DNA of 64,000 nucleotides from Owenia fusiformis (Eukaryota): NCBI GenBank assembly GCA_903813345.2, contig CAIIXF020000001.1, positions 3,658,001 to 3,722,000 of the forward strand, read 5' to 3'. Shown piece by piece: positions 51,201 to 63,683 of this stretch (position 1 is its first letter; each line of letters starts with the position of its first letter). The notes under the pieces were generated by a model. It saw only the letters and a program-made list of their open reading frames with translations, ran no database searches and was not told where the DNA came from. The position numbers and the translations under genes were made by a program.

Positions 51201-54200
51201 CATTTTAATTATTTTCGATTATTTTTTATACAACGTATGGAAATGTATTTTGTAAAGTCATTAATTTTATGAAGATAATGTCACTTACAAATATTTATTG
51301 CAGGTTGTGTAGACCGTTGATGCTTGATTTAAAGCAAAAACATTGACTTTTGCATGATGGTGGCGTTGCGCCTTTTTTAATAGATCTTATACCTAAGAAG
51401 AGAATCGGCTAAAAAAAATTCGTAGAATACGCGACATATTTTACCATACCGTGCGCCTATTCGTTTAGCAATTAAATCATAAACCTTTTCTTGAAAAAAT
51501 AATTTTTGCAGATTTGTTCATTTTTCTACCAGAAATTGCTTGCTCCCCCCTCCGTCCCATTTTCACGATCACCGGGTGGGAGGGTATCAACCACACTTTA
51601 TGATTTTTCACTCTAAAACACCTGAGTGTGAAACATCATATTTAGAATCTCAAAATATTTTTTCATATTTGTGACTTGCTTTAATATATCTTTCCACAAA
51701 GAGAATATTTTTGGTGTGGGAAAACTGGAAAATGAAAATAAAGGACGATTCTCGGTTTGGAGAACAGTCTCCTGAGCTAATAATTTTTTTCATGAAAAAT
51801 ATAGAAATATTACCCAAATTAAACTATGAATATTCAAAAGAGGACATTTAAATCTACAAGATGTTATAATAACAAATTGGTCTGAAGCAGGGATAACACT
51901 CAATTAGACAGATTCAATAAAATACAAGTCTCGATTTGGGGAAAGAAGCTCATCAGTGTACTGCGCTAATATTTTTTTGCGAAAAATCTAGAAATATTAC
52001 CCAAATTAAATTATGACTATTCAAAAGAAAACATTCAAATCTATATTATGTAAAAAAATCAAATTTGTCCGAAGCAGGGATAATGCTCATTTAGATTGAT
52101 GAACTTCGTTCTCCAAACCGAGAATCGTCCTTTACATATCATTTATTTTCTCAGAAGGCTAGAAAAATAACATGGGAAATAAAGACTATGATGTGTTTTA
52201 CCTGGATATACAAGGAAGTCACCTCCAAACTTGCCCCCAGCAGTGAGAAAATGCCCCTGCTCCCATAGATCTTTGAAGACTCTATAGCGCAGAAGTTCTG
52301 AGTGAGTAGATGGGAACCCCCAGTTGGAATACAATGGCCTGTTTGATTCACTGACATAGGGAGTGCCTGGAAATATAGGTAATGATGATGAATGATGAAT
52401 GATGAATGACTGTCGCATATATTGTAGATACACTTTATTTGGATACCGGCTTACTTTGACGGATTGGAGATTGTAATAATCTGCCAATTTTCAGATGTAT
52501 TTTATAAAATCCCCGGGGAAATTTCAGTTCATGCAGCGCACTTCCAGAATTAAACCCCCATTTTCCCCAAATTTTGTCACAATGTCAGAGAATTCCAGAA
52601 GAATTAAATTTCAGTCCTGAATCCCCCAAATCAAATAGCCTAGCTGCCAATATTTGAAATTGAGCAAATCTACCAAATTAAGTTGTATCAAATTAAACGT
52701 ATCTACAGTATTTAATACTGTTTGAACTATTATGGCTTGGTCTATTGATAGAAATATATTTGAACTCCTTGACTAATTCAAATTCATACCATACCGTAAT
52801 TCATACCTTTACGTAATTACAAATCTTGAATTGTTTTCTTTGTCAACAAACTATTTATAAAGATATATTTTAGTTATAAATAATGTTCATTGATGATATT
52901 AAAAGCTTCACATTTGTTGACATTTAATGTTATGACCCACGAAAATTAGTCAGTCAGAAAAATGTGTTAATATCTCCGTGTCTCAAAAGAAAGGTACTCA
53001 CAAAGAGTTTTTTGATTCTGCCCCTCTAGGAACTTAAAGATTTATTTAATAATGGTTTAACATGGTGCATATGATCTGATATTTAATCTTAACCTCTTAC
53101 ATGTCACATGTACTTAACTTATCATGCAGGGTGAAAGTGGTTAAAGGATATATGGTTGTCATGATGTGATACACATGGTTGAAACTTTATTTTGTACAAT
53201 ATTATCTTGAATTTTAAACATATGTCATAGTCCCTACAACAGCACCATTCAGTGCTCTTGGAAATTAATCCCTTCACAATAAAACACTTTCTGACAGTAA
53301 AAATAGCACCAGGGGTGTCACCACCAATAATACATTATTATGTAATGGGGTTTTTGATTTTAGAATCCAAATATAAAACACTCAGTATACAAAAATTCAT
53401 TGGATCATGGCATTCATGGACAGTCTTTATTGCACAAATTGTTACATTTCTTTTTACATCCAGCAAAATTCTTTGAGTGTTTCTTGATTTTATCCTTCTT
53501 AAAGAGTCTCTTCACTATCTTTATGTTGTCTAACTTTAGACTGTTATCTTCTTCTAACAACAGCAGCCTCAGTTCTTCATAACATCCATTTCTGCATTTC
53601 ATCTTGCAGTTCTCATAGTCACATCCTGGAAGAATAGGAATAAAAAAAAAACTGTTAAAAACTGTTTATGGAGAGGGGGGAGGTAATTGCTTTTTGCAGT
53701 TCTTCTAAAGTATGACAAACGGAACTATTTGGAGGATACTCTAATTACATTTCTGGCTTCCAATTCTTTACATTACAAAACTGAAATTTGTCAGTTGGTT
53801 AAGGATATCTTGCCACTTGATACCTTGGCTCATATTCATGAAGCAATCAAAGATTTAGCATAAGAATAGAGTATGTCATTGCATTTTTTGGTTGTGGGAT
53901 GCTATAAAATTATGTGTTAGGCTTGGTGGTCCAGGAGATCCTAACTAAACTCTAGGCTTTTGAGATTTTTCTCAGCAAACTCATGGCAATGATATTATGT
54001 ATGCCTGTGTAAATATCCAATGGCAATGACAATTGATTCCTTTTGATACATCATTAAACAATTGTCACATAACCATAAAATGTAGGCAAAAATAACAATA
54101 TTTCTGAGGGTGAGTTTCATCTTGTTAAATCGTCTTTTGTGTAAAAAACAGCTTTGTAGTTGAAATTACTAAAGTGTTGTATTGTATGATAAGTAGACGG

Positions 54201-57200
54201 TAAGAAGAGATTTTTCAGCCATTTTATTACATCTTTACCATAAAGTGCATTCATACATGATAACCCTGACACTTCATACAGTTCTAATTCATCCCATCAG
54301 CTGAACTCAAATAAAAATAAAATGTCCTAATATCAGAGCATGTTGCAAGTGAACTAAAATTGACATGGTAATCTAAATCATGATTTAGCAATTGCAAACA
54401 AACTATTGTGGAGGGTTATGGGTTATGTAGCTTATGTGGGAAGTGGGAGGGTTATGTACTCATACATGTAGCTTGAAGTTTGATGTTTGCGTCATGATTG
54501 ATAAATCATAATATTAACAAAGTAATGTTAATATAGTAATATTTCATTCATCACTTATCAAAATATATGAATTATGGGAGAATAAATACTAAATACACAA
54601 GTAGTTATGTTCATCCGAACAACTATCATTTTTATTTGATCTAGTTTACCTCTAAATTCATTTTTCTAATTAACATAAAATGCAAAACTAGTATTGTTGT
54701 CAACCCTTAGTTTTAGTTTTTCAAGATGTCTGTGTTTTTTCAATGAGAATAAGGAAGTCCCATAGCTGATGGACATCTAAATTCATCATGTAATGTTAAA
54801 AAGTTAAAAAGAAGACATCCTCTTTTTAGTTTATAATGAAGTTGGGCATTCCTGCATTCTAAATCTTCAACAACTTAACTATATTTAACTTAACTATATT
54901 TGGTTGAATATTTCAATTCTTTTCAGAAAACAGAATTGGGATTGTAAGGAAAATATTGGTGTGTTTTTTGACATCTTACTATCTCTTTTCCTTCTAATTA
55001 CTTGATTGCTTTAAGCATATACAGCACCAGGCCTACATCCAACCTACCTCTCTTTAACCCTGCCTGAATGACAGTCTGCTCAACCTTTGGGGGCTCAACT
55101 GTCCTTCCTATGAATAAGATGACACCTGTGGTTCTATCCCGAATTAAGAATATGAAAGGGTGGTCACATGTTATGGAGGACCTCACAGTCCTTGTAGTCA
55201 AAGTGGAAGTCATGGAGCTTGCCTCTGTCCCTGTAATAGAAACCAATGACCATCATTCAGTTGTATTACTTTCAAATGGCTCTACTGCCTATATAGAAAG
55301 TTATATAAGTTTATATATATATACGAGGGGTGACTCAAAAGTAATAGACAAAATTTCACAGGCATCCTTAAATTCATCCAATCTGTGTGGGATTAAGTCC
55401 ATAACAAGACCAAACAATTAGTTACAAGTTATGTTCAGTCAATACTAAACGTGAAAAAATACAAAATGTAGAAATGGCTTCATTTTCAAATTTGAGAATT
55501 GACCAGTGTTGACCTTTAAAAGGCCAAAAGTAGATTAATCAAATCATTTTATAAGATCAAAAAACAGGTGTTTCACAAGAATTTCTCACAACAGGCTAAA
55601 TAAATGACAACGACAAGCGAAAATCAATGGAAATAAATCTAACATGTAAAAATTGAAAAGTCCCTAAAAACAACAGGTGATTTTGTGGAAACAACCGGTG
55701 AAAATTGCCTGTTGCCTGCTGCTGAAAAAGTAATATTTCGACAATGTCAAAGGATAACTTGCTTCAAATAGAATCAATTATTTTTAGATCATATATATGT
55801 GATATAAGTTACTATTGATTTTAAACCTGTCATCTTTTGACCTTCAAAAGGCCAAAATGTTTAAGATAAAGATTACTTACAATCTTGAAGTCAAGTTATT
55901 ATTGAAAATTTTAAATTGAACCATACTAGGCGATGTATCAGTCTGAACAGTCATTGTGGTTCAATAAATCATTTACAAGTCAATGGCGCTAAACAGTAAA
56001 TACAAGTATAGCCATTTCCCATTTGTCTGTTATAAATATAGCATGTTCTGTGACATATTGTTGAGGATACAGTTGTTATAACACCATAAGCATTTCAACA
56101 CATATGACCTTAAATCATTTGAGACCTAGAAGATATTTGGCATTAGACTTCTACAAAATATAAATATTAAAGTACCTCTACCTAAAAATAGCAAAACAAA
56201 AATGGATCATAATCACTTAATCTTAACTTCCGAAAAGTAATCAATCATAAGTTAGAACATGCACTTGCTGCATCGTATGAGGCTTAGGCTCTTGACAATG
56301 TCTTAGGTTTAACTGCATACAAGCCAACTTGTGCACTATCTAATTTAGCATTAATGTGTTCTATGTCCTTTAACATTGACTAGACATTTATTATTTATTT
56401 GGTGACCTACCTTCCTCAGTGACCTTTATAACAGCTTCGTGCAGAACTGCAGACAGCGCAATACTTTGGTCATCACTAAATTGTGATAGATTTATCTCCG
56501 AAGAAAACAAATCTTTCATTCCCAAAGCCTTCAGATATAAATCAAGGGTGTATCGTGACTTTAACATCAGTTTCGGTAAGAAAATGTCTTTCTGGACAAT
56601 ACGCATTTGTTTTATCCCATGCATTAAGTTTTCTAGTGTCAGCTTTTGTTCAAGCTCAGGCAAGCCGTATGTTTCCTTTGGAATAACCAGAACCATGCTT
56701 AACTTTTGATGTTCATCCTCACGATATGGTAATTCAATAAACTCAGCATCCAATCCTGTGCTGTCGTGATAATTAAATTTACCAGTTTTATACATCATCG
56801 TCACATTTATAGCAGCAGAATTTGGGCTTGGATAAAAGTAATGAGGCTTTGTATGATTGGCAAGAAACTTTCCTCTCCATTCACCTTTGAAGTAAACAGC
56901 ATTGACGAGCACCATGACAGTGAGAGCATCCAGGTCCCCAGGGTGAAGAACATCTTTTATCATATTATTTGTGCGTTTCGCTACCCATTTATTTATTGTA
57001 TTCATACTTCCATCGACATCAGAAAAGTTTAACTGTCGCACTGAACCATCGTAAAAACGCTCAACATATCTTAGAAATGCATTTTTCACATTTAAATGTT
57101 TACTTGGGAAAAGTTTGTTGGCGGATATGAATTCATTGCCTGTTTCTCCGCTGTGAAGTAATTGCATCAAACACATTAAGGAATGATGCGCGGTCTCATC

Positions 57201-60200
57201 ACTCAGGCCTGCCATATGAAGAACATTTCGCATTTCAGATTTCGTCTTGCCATCTGCTCCAAGTAAGAGTATGGACAAGGCCATTGTTACACTTATTGGA
57301 CTAAAAAATACATCCTTAATCCCATTCGGAGAGATAATCTGTTTGTAGAGATCCAATGTAAAGTTATTTATGGCTAGTACCGATGAGTCAATATTTTCAC
57401 ATGATTCGGTGTTAATTTCATTAGTCAATTGTGAATCATTAACATATCCAATCACGCTTGATATCATTAATGCAAAACTCAAGCATAATATGCATGGATT
57501 GGTCTTTAAAGTCATACTGTATTTTGCTTGAAATATTTTCAGTGTATTCAACTATTGCGCGAACTTTATAAAGTAAATATAGTCTGTTGTAATCTTGTCA
57601 GATAAAAAGTTGATCTCATATTTATACATATTTGATAAATGTAATATTCAGTAATTGTTTCTTCATGGGATGGTACTACAAATGAAAAATGACATTTAAT
57701 TAAACAAAGTATATTTGCCAACGCATGCTTACATCCTTTTAAATAAGAAATAAACTAGAAAACAGCAACTCCACAGACCTGAAGATCCCAAGGAAATAAA
57801 ATATTTTTTCCTAAATTCATTTTCCATTTTTATTATTTTAAGCTAAAATAGCTTAATTAAAATAAATTTCATTTTCATTCATTTATATCTTACAGTGATG
57901 TATCAGTCCAATATCCAGCAATTGGATAGCCATTTTGAATTGCTTGGAGTATGATTTGAAAACTTTGGAGTGCTCTCAAAATCAACACAAATTGCTGATC
58001 ACTTGACCACTACACCTCTGGGGTCAATGGGAAATACTCTGGATACTTTTATCAAAACATCAAAAAATTCATTCAGAAGTACCCATTATTTTGGGTGTTA
58101 AAAATACAATTTTGTGAACAGTGGCCACTTCAAAACTAAACACCAACTTCCCTTGTACACTTTTTCAATTTCAAATATGTCCAAGAAAACCAGAAAGACA
58201 GAGGGACGGATGGACAAACAAATGAACAGACAACAGATTCCTGAACTTTTCCTCACTCCAATAATTTTCTAAAACAAATTTGGGACCATGGGGGCATTCA
58301 CCTTACTAAAAGCATAAATCAGATTACAAGGTAGAAAGATGATACTCTGATAAAGATTCATCAAGTTAGGTTTTACTGAATATTTTACACAGCTAAATGG
58401 AAAAAGGGAAAATCTGGAAATTCTTTTTGAATAAGCCTTTAAAATATAACAATATGTCATTATAACTAATTTCACCTTTATTGTATGACAGCTTAGACAT
58501 GGCTTAATAGTTATTATAAGCAAATACAGAATAAATTGGATTGATTTGCCTTAATGCCTTGACAGTGGTTTTAGTTCAAACCCATAACAATGAAATAATA
58601 ATTAATTGCAATCTATTTTTAAATTGCATTGAGAGATGAAAACCAAATTGATTGTAATAAGTTAACAATATCTAGATTTAAAATGATCTATTGAAACAAA
58701 AATAACCTCTCTGTCTGAATGTGTCTCTTTATTCAAGGTCATTAGGAAAGTCCTTATTATCAAATTTTTTGTCCCAAGTATTGCAACAGCAAATATTTGT
58801 ATTGTTGAATACAAAAGTACCTTGTATACACATAAAAGAAAATTATGTTAATCTTAAATGTAATTTCAATAACATCAAAACTATTTGTATATGCACATTA
58901 CAACAACAAAATGACCCAGAAAATTAAATCAAACATCACTATGAACACTTACTTGAGAAAATCAAAGAGCATCATACCCAAAATGAAAAGTATCTTCAAA
59001 TACTATTTTTCGAACAATAAACAACAGCCCATAAAATTCAACTTTCCAATCTATGCAATTATCTTACCTTTGGCTTTTTTTCATGAAAAAAAATTAAAAT
59101 GCAAAGTAAAAAAACTCTTGAATCAAAGTTATTTTCTCAGACCCTACTGATCAACCCATCAAACTTTGCATCCAGAAAACACTTGATGTGGATATCATGT
59201 GCACCAAGCATTTTTCTGCATGCACAATTTGATAGGATGGGTTCATACAGTAATATGGTACACTTACCTGTGAATATCTGTACTTGCATGGAAGACTGTG
59301 GTATTGGAGTTATCTCCATACTTTCAACCTCCCTCTCAGCTTCAGCCTCCAATGCTGCCTCATCAATAGCAGCATCTTCAGCCATGGTGCTGTTCTCTGA
59401 AATAACAAGTTGTTATACTAGGATGTTTGAAAAGCTTGAACTAATTGCTCAAAAAGGAAGCTAATCTTTCTACATATCTCATGGATTTTGGTAATTCTTG
59501 GAATCATATGCTGGATACTATTAAAAGTTTATATGATAGTCTTATTGATAATGTAATTTAGAATAGGTTAATTTTATTTGCAATACCAGTTCTCTACATA
59601 GAAGCATTATCTTTCAACAACCTTTTGAACTTTTAACATTTCAGCCAGAGATATAACATGATCATTCTAATGATAGCATGGTCATTATTACACAGTCCAC
59701 CCGTGTAGCTCAGCGGTAGCGCAGGTACCTCTTACGCAATAGGTCCCGGATTCGATCCCCGGTTCAGGCAAGACTAAAGGACGGGTGTCATTAAGGGCCC
59801 TTTTTAGCCCCCAAAGATATCTGATAATAATGCATATCATATTGAAGAAAAATCGTTTGTGCTTTATGAAAATACAATTTCAGCAAATTTTGACCTTTGA
59901 TGTTCACACAACAGTCATTTAAAGATCATATACCATTTTTGGAGTTTTTACAAAAAATTCTTTATTTATTGTTGTCTAAGTAAATAGTATATAAATATTA
60001 ACCAATATAAATATATTAAAATGTAATATATGAAATACTGAAGAAAAGATACGATTAAAATTATTTTCATGGAAAAGCACATAGGGCAATATTGACAAAA
60101 TGCAAATGCTATTTTGGTAGGTTCTGGGCTAGCAATGGGTACATTTCAATTGTGACTGTAATGGATTACTATTGACTTTTATCAACATCACAGGGCAACA

Positions 60201-63200
60201 TTTAAGCAACTTAAATACAAGGAAAATCAAAGATTTCCTCTCATTTCTAAAACAGGGAACAAAAGGATGAATTCAAGGAAAATAAATAATGGCCTGTGCC
60301 AAAATATATAACATATGAGAAAGTTGTGGCACAGTAAAGGATATGTATAGGATATCATATGAATTTAAATGATTTTATCTTTATCTCCGAGTTGATATCA
60401 ATATCTTGCCAAGTTAGCATAGCGAATTAGCGCAGATATTGATATCAATGAGTTGGATTAACACAATATCACGAAAATTCATAGGATGTTCTATTTTTCC
60501 CATAGTTCACCTCTAAAACTAAACAAAGCATATCAAAACAACATCCATTCATTCATCCCCGTGATGTCATGAAATCATTATGTAACAAAACACATTATAT
60601 TGGTGGTAGTTTTCAAATCCCTGCCAAAAGGTGATATCTGTGAAATATTTTCCATATTCCACAGATATCACTTTTTCCACGCATTTGCAAAATATCATAA
60701 ATATGTTTTCATGTTACCTAACAGAGCGGAACAGAGTTCAACTATGGGATAGAGAATAAAAAATAGGTACATAATTGAATTACCACTCCAAAAATATTAA
60801 ATATGAGGGTTTAAAGAAAGAATATTGAATATGAGATTCAAAAAGACAAGTGGCCTCATGTCTCACATTACCCAAACCCCAGATCCTCGATGTCATATAT
60901 ACTTGTACACTGTATATCAATGTTATTTACTGGGAGGATTAAATATGGAGTGTATTAGCAATGGTCAATACGATATTTCCAGATGGATATTTTTTCCCTA
61001 GAAGCGGAACCCAAACTCAGTCATGACATAGAAGCTAACTTTTGCAATTAATAGAAACTTGTTTTTTATTATATTTTTGTGTTCTATATTTGAGATGAAA
61101 TAATATGAGGTTCATTTCTACAAGAGGATGGAACGAATGTGAAATTGTATATTGAACTATACTCCTTTTCTGAATAAACAGAACAACATTTTATCCAAGC
61201 CAATTAAGAAAACCAAGGCCAATGAGTGTAATTTATGCCCAGTTAAACTAACACAATAACAACTTTTTGTCTGGACTCACGTATTATGTAAGAATGAATT
61301 GTATTACTGTTTACTGCATTAAATGTCAATTATACTATCTGTATTTAATTTCAAATGCCTGTCTCACTTATTGAAGGTATACAAGAAATGTTATTTTGAA
61401 ACAAATTCAGCACAACCAAAACCATGTCCACATAATATGACAAATCCAAGATGGCTGCCACAATTTTAGATCCCTGCACATGTGAAGAAGTTAGAAATAC
61501 ACATGGTCCACAAGCTCCATCCCCAATAAAATGGGAAGTTTAAGGTTTTCACACATATCAACTCTATTCCTATATACTTTATATTTGTGGTAAGGCTTGT
61601 GATCTAGGTAAACTTAGCATGTTCATGTACCTCCTATCCTCTGAAGCTAAAAACAGAAATAGTGACTTCAATTGAGAAAAATGAATCTTATGGGCTCCAT
61701 ATACATTTTGAGTGGCTGTCCGGCTAAAGTTAGATACTACTGATAATCTGAGATTGAAAATTATGTCAAGTTTAGTCCTCAGCCTCTCATAACGGATAAC
61801 TTCGAGGTAATTGTGTTGTTAATGCAAAAACCTCTATTTCTTCATCACAAATCTACCATCTTTTGCATCTGTCAAAACCCTTCATTTCATGTTAATTTTC
61901 AGATTTTTGCTTGTGCCATCATTAAATATATATATTCAACTTGTTATTCGGAATATTTTAAGAACTTTTCATGAATTATTTTATTTTCACACTTTTGAAA
62001 AAATGACTAAGTCAGAGAATGGCCTCTTAATGGCATGTCCCCTTTGCTTGTTTGCGTGAAGTACTTCAGGGTGTTTGACTGAGTGGTCCGCAACTCGTAC
62101 AAAAAGGCTGTGGTGTGTACTTATATGTCTATGTATAAGTGCACATAAAAGAAAACAGGGCTCCTTCAAGGAGGGGTTTCTGGGTCTATCTTCCATGTTA
62201 ATTACGTAAATTACGACCGTATATAAACGGGACATACCCAAGAGGTATTGCTCACCTTCATTGGTGGTAAACAAACTACAATACAAATTATATTACATTA
62301 TTTTTACCTGACTTTAGTTTTTTCATACGCTTTGCTTTCTTCCCCTCTATGATTTCCCATTTCCTATTCTGAATTTCCATCTTTCTATTTTCTAATTGAA
62401 GCTCTTTCTATAAAGTAAATTGATTGCAAAAATTAATTATATCACTGATACAGGACCTAGTATAGTTTAAGTAAATAAAATTATCATAAATAATATGCAG
62501 TAGTAATACAGTGAACAAGCCTTATTCTGACATTTCCTAATGAAAATACATGTTTAGTACAAATTCCACAGTGTTTCAATAATGTACTTTAATTCAAAAT
62601 GTAAAATTCCTTTCATGTACCTGTGCTTCATAACTTCTCTTCCTGGATTCATGGAATTTCTGCACATCTTCCTCAATAGGTGGCAGCATTGGTTTGTCAT
62701 CATTGAAAAGTATGGCGACACCTATCACAATAGAACTTAATTGATTAACATATACTGCATTAAAATATATTTGTCAAAGAATAAACATTTCTGTATCAAA
62801 GCCATATTGAAGTTGTAATAAAGAAAATTAAGCTAAAATTTGAAGCCTTGAAAACAGGCCTGTAGCCAGGGGCAGTGGCCAGAAATTCTTTCACAATCAT
62901 GCAGTTTTCACCATTCTGAGCACTTTTGCATGATTTTTAAGCTAAAACAGTCAATAAAGCTCCCCCTTGGCAAAAGCCTTCCCCCTTGATGAAACCGCTC
63001 CCTCTTGGTAAAAGCTGGCTACAGGCCTGGAACACAGATGCATTATGTATCATATGTACGATATATATGTAGAGAGTTAGCTTCACAGAAAAAGATCTGG
63101 GGCTAAATATTGGAAAACCAGTCTTTTTATAAAAAACTGAATCATTAATTAATTTCTCAGACTATTTAAAACAATAAATCATTTAATAATACATCAGACT

Positions 63201-63683
63201 ATTTAGAAAAGTGAACTGATGAGATAATAGTTCAGACTATTTTTGATTTAGCAATCACTATAGATGATGAGACAATTTATAAAAATGAATCATCATATAG
63301 TATATCAGATAACAGTGAATCATTACATAATAGATCAGGCAGATGGACAGAATCATGCTAAATGACAAACTGAGACTTAAGATAACAGAAACTATAAGAC
63401 ATGGAATTTCTGTATTCATAGTTGTGACCAAAAACTCAATATTACTATCTTGATCATAGTGATGTTTTCCAGGAGATATACAAATATTTTAGGCTAAGAC
63501 CAGACATCAGAATATATCATGTAAATACTGTGTGATTAATGATACCTTTTTCTACAAGTAGTGTTGTCTCCTCTGGTAGTAGCTGTAAAGGCAGGTGAAG
63601 CTGGTAGTTCTGTCTTGGGGCTTTAGGATGTGAACCTACTAGGTTACCTATGATGCGATACTCCTCCCTAATTGTGCATGCAT
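45289..63683 (-). CDS. TSEN34: tRNA-splicing endonuclease subunit Sen34, 5'-partial (first coding exon beyond the window)
   Basis: Exons 63683-63546, 62721-62621, 62407-62308, 59396-59268, 52366-52202, 45476-45289 in consistent phase. Peptides GNLVGSHPKAPRQN..LPLQLLPEE, LRYRVFKDLWEQGHFLTAGGKFGGDFLVYPGD..FHS and RLGSNVKKTVVLCS..YTSLKW. The catalytic Tyr, His and Lys equivalents are present. Confidence 0.94.
47891..49924 (+). mobile_element. Helentron-like insertion with ~335-bp tandem units interrupting the left TIR above
   Basis: Inserted in an A-run; subterminal GCTCAC, a (GGAC/AGAC)n microsatellite and 3' hairpin TAGCTCAC-CAT-GTGAGCTA. Confidence 0.75.
50243..50600. repeat. 63-bp minisatellite, ~5.5 copies
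   Basis: Unit TTACAATAAATACATATATTGCACTAAATGTGAATTGCACATGCATATGGTCGAAGACAAGTG. Confidence 0.95.
51742..52131. mobile_element. MITE (Kolobok-like) with ~25-bp TIR
   Basis: AGGACGATTCTCGGTTTGGAGAAC ... GTTCTCCAAACCGAGAATCGTCCT, with TAA/TTA flanks and an internal ~190-bp duplication. Confidence 0.65.
53414..57515 (-). CDS. Secreted serpin with putative Cys-rich C-terminal extension, ~499 aa, nested in a TSEN34 intron
   Basis: Exon 57515-56411 (signal-like MTLKTNPCILCLSFALMISSVIG; FFSPISV, INKWVAKRTN, LVNAVYFKGEW, IKVTEEG). Exon 55230-55048 (TEASSMTSTLTTRTVRSSITCDHPFIFLIRD..LFIGR). Exon 53625-53414 (Cys-rich, ends in stop). All junctions are phase 1, total 1500 nt. TATAAA at 57570-57565. The serpin core is clear; the third exon is inferred. 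Confidence 0.88.
59699..59769 (+). pseudogene. tRNA-derived fragment (SINE head or tRNA pseudogene)
   Basis: A-box TAGCTCAGCGG and B-box GATTCGATCC within a CCGG..CCGG T-arm. Acceptor and anticodon stems pair poorly. Confidence 0.55.
62855..63029. mobile_element. Second, inverted copy of the same MITE family
   Basis: TIR CAGGCCTGTAGCCAG / CTGGCTACAGGCCTG. Internal AATCATGCAGTTTTCACCATT closely matches the reverse complement of ~6508-6541. Flanks GAAAA / GAACA. Confidence 0.7.

Larger units (their letters stand above)
47685..51578. mobile_element. Long-TIR (~430 bp) CAC-terminated non-autonomous DNA element
   Basis: CACCCGGTGATCGTGAAAATGGGACGG left arm (47685-47890 plus 49925-50165) is mirrored at ~51146-51578. 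No TSD found. Confidence 0.75.

Noticed and set aside
57516-57551. Serpin start at 57551 in the ORF track
   Set aside because: That codon is TTG; the first ATG at 57515 gives a proper signal peptide.
61631-61646. 16-nt micro-exon with good AG/GT in TSEN34
   Set aside because: It would shift the frame; the flanking exons join directly in phase 1. A poison exon cannot be excluded.
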